A stretch of DNA of 64,000 nt from a virus. Under the pieces are notes generated by a model, which saw only the letters and a list, made by a program, of their open reading frames with translations, did not search any database and had not been told where the DNA came from. The stretch is taken from the IMG/VR virus record IMGVR_UViG_3300045988_061615; one strand, written 5' to 3'. Positions 38,580 to 47,043 of this stretch are shown here, one piece after another. A program made the translations under genes and the position numbers. Each line of letters opens with the position of its first letter. Within the stretch, counting starts at the first letter, position 1.

Positions 38580-38855
38580 ATGCAAACTAAAGAATCAGTT
38601 GAAAGACAATACGAACTATTGAAAGAACTCTATGGAATACAATCAAGGGGTTGGTCTATGCTACATGAACGATTTAACAGATATGTGTTCTGTGAAGCTA
38701 ATCGTAAATCACTTATTACTGAATACCTAATGTGGGAGGAGTTCGTAGAAGATGCTAAGAAACTTGGGGTAGTCTATTATTATGGGATTGACCTATTTCT
38801 TAAAGAATACAAGAATGCAGTCTATTCTTGTTTAACTGGATTAGGGGGAGACTAA
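38580..38855 (+). CDS. hypothetical protein
   Basis: 91-aa ORF followed by a GGGAGACTAACAATCTCCC hairpin at 38846-38864, with the stop codon in the loop. Confidence 0.45.
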   Translation: MQTKESVERQYELLKELYGIQSRGWSMLHERFNRYVFCEANRKSLITEYLMWEEFVEDAKKLGVVYYYGIDLFLKEYKNAVYSCLTGLGGD

Positions 38856-39149
38856 CAATCTCCCTTTAAAACTTTCTAATGCTACATCCTTATACTAGTA
38901 CTCCTCACATCCTCGATATGTATTTGAATAAAATAATATACTAAATACTTTTATGTATTGGTGTATTAGTTTATTCAAACTCATTCAGGGTGAGTATAAA
39001 TAAAATCTGGTTATGGTGCTAAATCTTAACGCACTACTCTTTGTGTTCTGGAGTATAAACTAAACGTGGTTAATCATTAGGAGAGCACTATATGTTGGCA
39101 GCCTGGAAAGACAGGCAATATTGTTAAACTCAAATAAATTTTAAAGATT

Positions 39150-39680
39150 ATGGCAAACGAAAGCCTTTTCGCTTTTGCAACTAATTATGCAGAAGCTAGA
39201 GCTAAAGCTCTTGGTGGTAACATTGTTAAGGGTGCAGCAGCATTCGAAGTTGAAGACGCTCCAGTAAGACGTGACTTGTCGGAAACCCAGTTCAATATTG
39301 GGGATAAGATTGTCATTCCTGCTACTGCTGATTCAGAACAATGGATTTGTACTCCGCTGACTAGAGGACAGAACCCTGTTACTCGTGCATTGTGTGAAGT
39401 CACTGCATCTGACGGTACGAAGAGTGTTAAGGAATTGTTCCTCGGTACACTCATGAAGTCAGTTCAGAATCGTGAAACTAAACAGAACGTCAGCGTTACT
39501 GGCTCAATTACCAATTACACTTCTAACTGTATTACTAAGAAAGAGGTATGGCAGAAGTTGTTCGGTAAGACTCTGGAAGTTGTTGGTGTTCAGATGGTTC
39601 CTATTATCCGAAGAGGATTCAACGGACAACCTGACAGACCGACTGAAACATCAGTACTGAAAATCAATGTCCTCGAATAG
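39150..39680 (+). CDS. hypothetical protein, paralogue B
   Basis: 176-aa ORF, about 45% identical by eye to 37997..38518. GC is about 42%. Confidence 0.6.
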   Translation: MANESLFAFATNYAEARAKALGGNIVKGAAAFEVEDAPVRRDLSETQFNIGDKIVIPATADSEQWICTPLTRGQNPVTRALCEVTASDGTKSVKELFLGTLMKSVQNRETKQNVSVTGSITNYTSNCITKKEVWQKLFGKTLEVVGVQMVPIIRRGFNGQPDRPTETSVLKINVLE

Positions 39681-40087
39681 ACCTCGAAGGACAAAGACAG
39701 TTAAAGCTTGGGTAATGGATAAGTATCGTATTAGGACTAATGATAATATATATCAAGTCTTAGATACGAGTTCATTACCCCAAGACAAAAGCTTCTGGGC
39801 GCTAATAACTCCGCTCGACTTTTGCAACTGGGCAGTCCTGAAATGGATTCCTCTTTGAGGGACATTTGTAACTGTACACACATTTAGACACAAGCTCTAA
39901 AGAATTAAATTCCAAATATACCCAAATTAAGGGTTTGGTTCTAAATGTGTGTACATATATACTTCAAATTATTGTAATGCAGCATATTAGTGTATTAACA
40001 CCAATATAGAGTCCAAAGCCTCTACAAATGCAGATGGTAGTAACTAATCGTAAAACTTCACACTTGGTGGGTAAAGTGTAATACATT

Positions 40088-40582
40088 ATGAATTCATTTA
40101 GAATTTTGAACGCAGAAGGTAAAGCAATGACAATGGGTGAATTGGATAAAGAAGCAGCTGCTTTTTGGAATAAAGAAGTTCATCCAAAGAATTATGCTAA
40201 TCCATTTCCTGATGTAATTGTTAGTGAAGATGCATCCTTTAAAGAGAAAATGCAAGCTGAAATGGCAAACGCTAGAAATAGCTCTTTAAATTGGTATGAA
40301 ATCATTGGATGGAATATTGCAAATCAAGGTGATTATACCTCAGGCTGGCAAAACGTAGTACATACAATGATGGCTGAATCTCTTGGAAATTGTTTATTAA
40401 ACATCAATCAAGGAGAACCAATTAAGATAGCTCATTTCATAAAGCATGATAACAATCAACTGCATCTTGAAGATAGTTACGAGGCAAGAATATATGCAAC
40501 TCTTAACTATTTCAAGCCATTTGTTGATTTAATCAATCATTGGATGTCTAAAGGATATACACCTGAGAAAATCGAAGGATAA
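40088..40582 (+). CDS. hypothetical protein
   Basis: 164-aa ORF. Confidence 0.5.
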   Translation: MNSFRILNAEGKAMTMGELDKEAAAFWNKEVHPKNYANPFPDVIVSEDASFKEKMQAEMANARNSSLNWYEIIGWNIANQGDYTSGWQNVVHTMMAESLGNCLLNINQGEPIKIAHFIKHDNNQLHLEDSYEARIYATLNYFKPFVDLINHWMSKGYTPEKIEG

Positions 40583-40821
40583 TGAAGTACAGAATTGAGT
40601 TTAAATATCGTTACGGTAAAGACTATGTATACTGTAACGAATATCATGAAGATGAAGGGTTTGTACAACCACTTAATTCAAATGGTAAACCAATGTGCAC
40701 AATTGCAAAAACTAATATAATATGTATTAGAGAATGCAAATAATTATACAGAACGCCTATCGCTGTAAAGGATGGGCAAATTTTAACTAATCGTATAAAC
40801 CTATAATTGGAGGATTAAATT

Positions 40822-41208
40822 ATGAAACTATTTTACTTGCCTGATACTAAGGCAATCGTTGCAAAGTACAACAACAAGTTTGTCTCTTTACCTAATGGAG
40901 AAGAGATAGACAAACCTGCTAAGCTCATCCCTTGTCAACCATTCTTAAAGGAGTCTAAAACCTCTAAATGGAATGACATACCAGATGACGATGATGCGTT
41001 CTATGCTCATCTTAACAAATACAATGACCTAAAGACATCTGATAGACGTCCTCGTGTCATTAAAGTTCATAAAGTTAGGATGGCTGTAATATATACTACT
41101 AATGAAGTGGGAGAACCTTGGTTCCAGCTATCTGGCAATGTTCCTCACTATGTATTAAATGGAATTGCTAACGTTCTAAAAGAAGAATATTATGATTCTA
41201 TTAAGTAG
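40822..41208 (+). CDS. hypothetical protein
   Basis: 128-aa ORF. A GGAGG Shine-Dalgarno-like sequence lies 8 nt upstream. Confidence 0.5.
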   Translation: MKLFYLPDTKAIVAKYNNKFVSLPNGEEIDKPAKLIPCQPFLKESKTSKWNDIPDDDDAFYAHLNKYNDLKTSDRRPRVIKVHKVRMAVIYTTNEVGEPWFQLSGNVPHYVLNGIANVLKEEYYDSIK

Positions 41209-42331
41209 TGGTATATTCATCTCTGATGGCATGGCTTCGGTCATAGCCATCATTATTGGAGTACTAACTTGTGTATTCTGGTATAAATGCAGTAAAGAAA
41301 AGTAAAATAACAATAAAATAACTAATCTACATGAAAGTAATCAAAACTAATATTAAGGCTGAAACTGTAGAAATTAATCCTAGAGAAGCGGAAGCTCTCA
41401 GAGACACATTCCAGGACAATAGACGTACTTATAACGATAATATACGCAAGTAAGAATATGTATCACCTATGTGTCTGGAACATTTGAATAAACCTACGTA
41501 ATGGGTGCTAGTTTAATAGCTAGCACCGTTTATCCATAATTAAGGCAGGTTCTCCGCGAGGGGAATAAGTGAAAGCACAAGTGCAATCATCTAAAAGTTT
41601 AGTGATTGATTACTGTGAGTCGAGTAGCCCAAGACCTGTGCTCACTTGGTATAAGAAGAAGCGTTTAATAGTGTACATAAAAGCGTGGATACTCAGAGCA
41701 CCAAGTATGGTTGTAGGTCTCAAAAGTCTAAAGTTTATATAATGACTTTAAATCGTGAGCTTAACACCAGGTCATGTTTGAACATTAAGCTTTAAACATT
41801 TAGTCAGCTTATCTGACATTTTAAAAAACTCAATATAAAAGATATTGACTAATGTGTGTAACTAGTTGTCTTTAACCGCACGCCGAAGTGTTTCTACCGT
41901 AGTAGCAACAATCTCTACTAATGATGTAGATTATAGACAATGAACCACACTAGCTCTAAGAGTATTAGTTTCAGTATTTCCAAGACGTTGAGGACGCCAG
42001 TTTCTTATCTTTCTGTATATCTAATTATGTACCCGAACTACTGCTGATCCGGTTTTAGTGAATATCAGAGTAATACTAATGAATCAGTACTGATTACGCT
42101 AATGTAATTTCATGGCTTATTAAGCTTACTAATTATTTATAGCCAAATGATAAGTTTTAGGTGTAAAATGCAATCTTCTGCATAATTATTCATTTTAGAT
42201 GGATATAATTCCATACCCCCCCCGTGAAGGGGTCGGCATCATGACTAAGCCTTTACGTGGCGATGCTATAAGTAACCTATTAATAGGTGAAACTAATTGG
42301 TCATATTGTTTAATTTAATAACTAATCGACA

Positions 42332-42625
42332 ATGAAAATTGAAAAGAACAAATTAGTGAATCGTGCTCAAGTGTTGAACCAAGACATTCAGTTAGGTATT
42401 ATTGCCTATTCTGTAGCTGAAATGGCATCTATAATCGAACAGACAGATGCTAAGCTCCACAAGGGTGAAATCACCGAAGAGCAGCACAAAACTATAGTTG
42501 ATGATTGTACTGAATACATCAAGTCAGCTAAAGAGATGTGTGACGAATCCAAAATGGATTGGAGTGTATGTATCTTGTTATCACGTACTAATCTTGATAA
42601 GTATGTGGAAAGCAAGATTGACTAA
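42332..42625 (+). CDS. hypothetical protein
   Basis: 97-aa ORF. Confidence 0.45.
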   Translation: MKIEKNKLVNRAQVLNQDIQLGIIAYSVAEMASIIEQTDAKLHKGEITEEQHKTIVDDCTEYIKSAKEMCDESKMDWSVCILLSRTNLDKYVESKID

Positions 42626-42751
42626 GGCATTGTTCCTACTAATGGTAGGATACTTAGGCTGGCAATGTACTAGAGCATCCTTATGGATTCCTCTGGTATT
42701 ATGTGTGTTATTAGGCATTTTTATTATTCAACTTAAAAATAAGGATTTAGC

Positions 42752-43192
42752 ATGAAAAAGATTGACGCAATTTTGAATGGAACTAAAGAACAGTACCCAT
42801 CATTAATAAGCAAGTTATCTAATATTCTCGAACCGTTTGCCCTGCTTGCAGTAGGCAAAGCACCCGTTTACGTTGGACGTGTAGTTGAAGAACTCGGAGT
42901 AAAGCAATGCAAGGACTGCGGAGCTTTCATATTTAACATTGATGGCAATGATGTTGCCCATGTTGATGTTAAAAGAATGGAAGCATCAGTATTCGGTGGT
43001 GAGACATTCTCAATCTCTACAGAAGATGCCGAGTCGGTAACTAATGTACTGGCTGCATTTGAGAACCATAAAGAAGAGGATGATGAGAATCCTGTTAAGG
43101 AAATTCTTGAGAATATGCCTAAGGAACTCAAATCTCTTCTTGGAGCAGCTATCATGGTATCTAAACTCCGTAGAAAGGGAGAAGACAACTAA
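42752..43192 (+). CDS. hypothetical protein
   Basis: 146-aa ORF. Confidence 0.5.
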   Translation: MKKIDAILNGTKEQYPSLISKLSNILEPFALLAVGKAPVYVGRVVEELGVKQCKDCGAFIFNIDGNDVAHVDVKRMEASVFGGETFSISTEDAESVTNVLAAFENHKEEDDENPVKEILENMPKELKSLLGAAIMVSKLRRKGEDN

Positions 43193-43451
43193 AGAAGGTT
43201 TTTGAAGACAAATATCAAGGGGTTAGTCCACTGTGAAGTGAGCTAGCTCCGCCAACTTTTAAAGCTAATAATGAAATGGATATACTGAAGCAATTAGAAG
43301 AAGGCAAACCTTTCTCTGGTAGAAATGGTGCTTTTACTGGAAGAGTTGAACCGCAATCAATAAGTGGAGATACTCTGAATGTCATATGTGATAAGGATGG
43401 CACAAGATGGCATGAGAATTGGGAATTACAGCATGTTATTTGGGCATTTGA

Positions 43452-43874
43452 ATGTGGAGATTATTACTTCTTATGATTAAGTGTGATATATCTAAATGCC
43501 ATGCGAGTTGTTGTTATAACGCTCCATTGCCTAAGAAATACATATTTGCATTAAAGAATAGGATTGTTACTCCAGTTAAGGAGATTCTCGTTATTGATGA
43601 TGAGAATATGAAAGGTGAGGTAATGTGTTATCCAATCACAGACCATAACCCTGATAAGAACAAATGTCCATTCTTAACTGAGAATTGTAGATGTAATATT
43701 TATGATAGAAGACCACCAATATGTAAGAAGTTTGGTAATGGTACAGAACCATTATTAACTTGCTCATTCTTAGTTCCAGAAGAACAAAGAGAGTCTGTAT
43801 TGGCTGGTTATAAGTCTGCTATTAATAACCTAACATCTCCAACTGCTTGGGAACTTGCTAAAAAGTATAAGTAA
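43452..43874 (+). CDS. Cys-rich hypothetical protein (possible metal-binding)
   Basis: 140-aa ORF containing CHASCC, C..C and CRC clusters. Confidence 0.45.
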   Translation: MWRLLLLMIKCDISKCHASCCYNAPLPKKYIFALKNRIVTPVKEILVIDDENMKGEVMCYPITDHNPDKNKCPFLTENCRCNIYDRRPPICKKFGNGTEPLLTCSFLVPEEQRESVLAGYKSAINNLTSPTAWELAKKYK

Positions 43875-44235
43875 TATGCCAAAGGATTATGCGCTAAGAA
43901 AGTTACATTCTAAGGAGAAGATTATCTTCTGTGGATGTGATGCTATAAGTGGTTTATTAATGCATTACCTACTTGATGAATTGTTTGGCAGAGGTGAGTA
44001 TAAGATACTTCATCACTATGATTTACGATTACAACAAGAATGGGAATGGACTATTGATGAGCCAATACCTGACAAAGATATTATTAAGGAATGGTTCTTC
44101 TGTGAACCTGAGAGAATAATAACTACTTGTTGGGATTACGAGAGAACTCTCAAAGCTGTAGAAGATGCGCAGATTACAAATGTGCGTATCTATGAGTTTT
44201 GTAAGTATAAACACATAACTGATTTACCATTCTAA
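43855..44235 (+). CDS. hypothetical protein
   Basis: 126-aa ORF. Confidence 0.45.
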   Translation: MLKSISNMPKDYALRKLHSKEKIIFCGCDAISGLLMHYLLDELFGRGEYKILHHYDLRLQQEWEWTIDEPIPDKDIIKEWFFCEPERIITTCWDYERTLKAVEDAQITNVRIYEFCKYKHITDLPF

Positions 44236-44790
44236 TGGTGAATACTCATAGTGCAGGAGTACAACTGCACTAACTGGGCTTGTATGGTTTTGACAGGCGA
44301 TTACGAGTTAGTAAGACGTGTAGAGTTGGCACCAACTCTTTAATAATGATGCACAATTTTAAGTGGAAACACTGAAGTAAGAATGGCAGCCTAAGCTGCT
44401 GGCTTATCTATTAATTTAGCTCTAAGTCGGGTTAATGGGAGAGACCTAGAAACAGAAGAGGTGTGGGAAGAAGCGTATAGGGCAGCCCACTTAACTTGAA
44501 CGCCAAAGGTTAGTAGAGCTGAAATCTCCGTCACCTAGCTATGGGTTACAAATAGACGTTCTCCAACGTAAATGGAGTGGTGGAGCGACCGTTCGGTCAA
44601 GCCCAGTTTGGTAGTTTGTGAACAACTAAGTCGTAGCCTTACGAGGAGACGTAATTGGTGAATTAACACTCAGCTTCTTAGTAAAACTACCTACATGCTG
44701 AACTCAACAGCTGATGTAATAAAATAGAGATACACGTAATCTTATTATTTAGAGTTGTGAAGACCGCGGTTCGAGTCCGCGATGGTCCAC
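44236..44790 (+). ncRNA. ORF-free structured region ending in an orphan tRNA-like T-arm and acceptor 3' half (candidate tmRNA, interrupted tRNA or att core; unresolved)
   Basis: No ORF of 60 aa or more is present. The 3' end (44765-44789) is CGCGG-TTCGAGT-CCGCG-ATGGTCC-A, i.e. a tRNA T-arm plus acceptor strand. No matching 5' acceptor lies within 90 nt upstream. Confidence 0.3.
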
Positions 44791-44817
44791 TATTATTAAC
44801 GTTTAAATATCAATTTT

Positions 44818-45171
44818 ATGGGATTATTTATTATTGCAGTGATTGTTTTACTTATTTGTGTATGTCTTTCGCGAGTAGGGTCTGAAGACCTAAGAGGAGT
44901 TGCAGTGGCAGTTGAGGTTGTATTCTCAATAGCAACAGTTGGGGCAGCGATTTCATTACCATTCGCTATTACAAGGAATATTCAAATTATTGGCAAGCAC
45001 GCAGTGCTCAAAGAAACATTGGAGGCTACTGATAGGAAGAATTACTATCTTATATCTAGTGATATCTTAAGGCTTAATTATACCATCATGAATCATAGGA
45101 ACTTTGTAGACAACTTCTGGATTGGGATATGGTATGATAAGGACGTAGCTAAATTGGAACTATTAAAATGA
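44818..45171 (+). CDS. membrane protein
   Basis: 117-aa ORF with two N-terminal hydrophobic helices. Confidence 0.45.
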   Translation: MGLFIIAVIVLLICVCLSRVGSEDLRGVAVAVEVVFSIATVGAAISLPFAITRNIQIIGKHAVLKETLEATDRKNYYLISSDILRLNYTIMNHRNFVDNFWIGIWYDKDVAKLELLK

Positions 45172-45449
45172 AAGCAAGGTTATTAAAGAAACTTCGCAAG
45201 GAGTCAAAGAAGCTGAAATTAATAAGAGGTGAGGATTATCAATACATAGTTACTGATAGTCCTCATGACATATTAAGACCAAAGCTTGATACTTACTACA
45301 GTGGCACATACTACTGTGGTCAAGAATTATTATTTGACGAAGATGTAATTGCATGGTTACATCAATGCAGACGTAATTGGATTCTGTCCGAGGTTAAACG
45401 AATGCGTGTACATCTACGTAAATCTCGAATTAGAATATATAAAGAGTAA
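45168..45449 (+). CDS. hypothetical protein
   Basis: 93-aa basic ORF. Confidence 0.4.
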   Translation: MKARLLKKLRKESKKLKLIRGEDYQYIVTDSPHDILRPKLDTYYSGTYYCGQELLFDEDVIAWLHQCRRNWILSEVKRMRVHLRKSRIRIYKE

Positions 45450-45475
45450 TTGTTTCACTAAAAGTTATTGAAATT

Positions 45476-45973
45476 ATGGGAAAGAGGTCAATATCCGACG
45501 ATGACATCGTTCGGATTTTTAACACGGTAAAGGCAATGAATCCTGGGCCTTTTAAGATTACAGATGTAGTCAGGGATTTAAAGAAGAATGGCTTCCCAAG
45601 GCCAGAGAACTTCATGGCTGTTTTGCGTAAGCAGGGAGTGATTGAACCTGACGGTGCTATCTATACTAAAGGATTTATGTGGAAAGAACATGGCCCTTTG
45701 TATAAGACTAGAGTCATTGAATTGATAACTATCAGTAGGAAAGAAATGGCTAAGATACAGAGAGATGCATATGCTAAGAGAATGGCTATTAAAGCTGGCA
45801 CTTATGTAGCACCTCCCAAACCTAAGCCACAAGCTGAAATGGAAGCTGTTACAGAAGCGGAAGAAGACAAACATCTGATTCCTATTACACAAGCTGAAAT
45901 GGAAGCAATCAAATTCCTGAAATCAAGAGGTTACAGAATCACTAAATTAATAACAGTTGAACAGATAGTATGA
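45476..45973 (+). CDS. hypothetical protein
   Basis: 165-aa ORF. Confidence 0.5.
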   Translation: MGKRSISDDDIVRIFNTVKAMNPGPFKITDVVRDLKKNGFPRPENFMAVLRKQGVIEPDGAIYTKGFMWKEHGPLYKTRVIELITISRKEMAKIQRDAYAKRMAIKAGTYVAPPKPKPQAEMEAVTEAEEDKHLIPITQAEMEAIKFLKSRGYRITKLITVEQIV

Positions 45974-46665
45974 AGTTTACAGTACAAGGGAACACGCCAT
46001 TCAGTGCACACATTTGCCAATATCTATATGATTTGGAAAGCAACTTTGCTAAGGAGAAATTATCATTGCCACTTAGTCAGATTATAGCTCATATCTTATA
46101 TGGGACTAAGAGAATCAGACTTGGTAATGAAGCTATTCCGTCCGAAGCAATCACTATTTTGGAAGAATGTATTGAAGCTAATCAGCCAATACCAATTAAT
46201 TGTATCTTCGGTAGTTCTGAATCGGAGAAAGACTATGTTGATGTTGCTGAATTTCAATCTCTTCAAACGTTGAAGGATATAAGCAGGAGAGTTGCTAAAT
46301 TCTACTATCCAGGCTTGAACATAAGACTAGATGTAGTAGGCGATTCAAAATATGTTAGTAAGGTGATGAGACTAGCAACAGTCCTAGGTGGTTTTACCAT
46401 AGGCACACACCAATCAGCTATTAATGTATCATTCGCTCACTACCGGCCAGCACACTATTATTATAAGTCTATTCCGTCTCGAAACATTCTACGAGGTGGA
46501 TATGTTCCAGCTTGGGATGGTAGAGGTTATTTATACTTAGAATCCCCACATGATATTGTGAGTATGATAACTACAGCTGACAATCCTGACATTCTTTCGA
46601 CGACTGTGGTGTTAGAAGCAAACGAAGAGACGGTAGACCTTCGTGTGGACTATCTAATACCGTAA
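45970..46665 (+). CDS. hypothetical protein
   Basis: 231-aa ORF with an overlapping start. Confidence 0.5.
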   Translation: MKFTVQGNTPFSAHICQYLYDLESNFAKEKLSLPLSQIIAHILYGTKRIRLGNEAIPSEAITILEECIEANQPIPINCIFGSSESEKDYVDVAEFQSLQTLKDISRRVAKFYYPGLNIRLDVVGDSKYVSKVMRLATVLGGFTIGTHQSAINVSFAHYRPAHYYYKSIPSRNILRGGYVPAWDGRGYLYLESPHDIVSMITTADNPDILSTTVVLEANEETVDLRVDYLIP

Positions 46666-47043
46666 ATCCACTATTGACGAATGGTGGTAGCAAAACTTGG
46701 TCTGAAGAACCAGTAGACATATTCCGGAGTATGTCTATGACTTAAAGGCTATATCAAAGAGTTGAAACCTGTATCTATTCGAACAGTAGAAGTTCACCTG
46801 ATTAAGCATCAGAAAACAGTAGTGCAAATCTACTATAGCTATTGTGTAAGAGAGAATCTACACGGTCTGCATTATATAATCAGCATGCAGATAGGTCACC
46901 AAGCAAACCTCTTTCCTGCCTGGTCAAGTGTGCATTACGGTCTGTAAGTGGCGAGCGGGTTAACGTATGTCCGATTGCCGTAATGCCGCTTGTTTATTGT
47001 TTAGAATAAAGAAAGACTCTCATAACAATAAATTTAACAAGAG

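Noticed and set aside
44236-44790. Calling the structured region a bona fide tmRNA
   Set aside because: I could not identify a convincing 5' acceptor strand, a D-loop analogue or a resume codon in the correct order relative to the 3' tRNA-like end. It stays an unresolved candidate rather than a tmRNA call.
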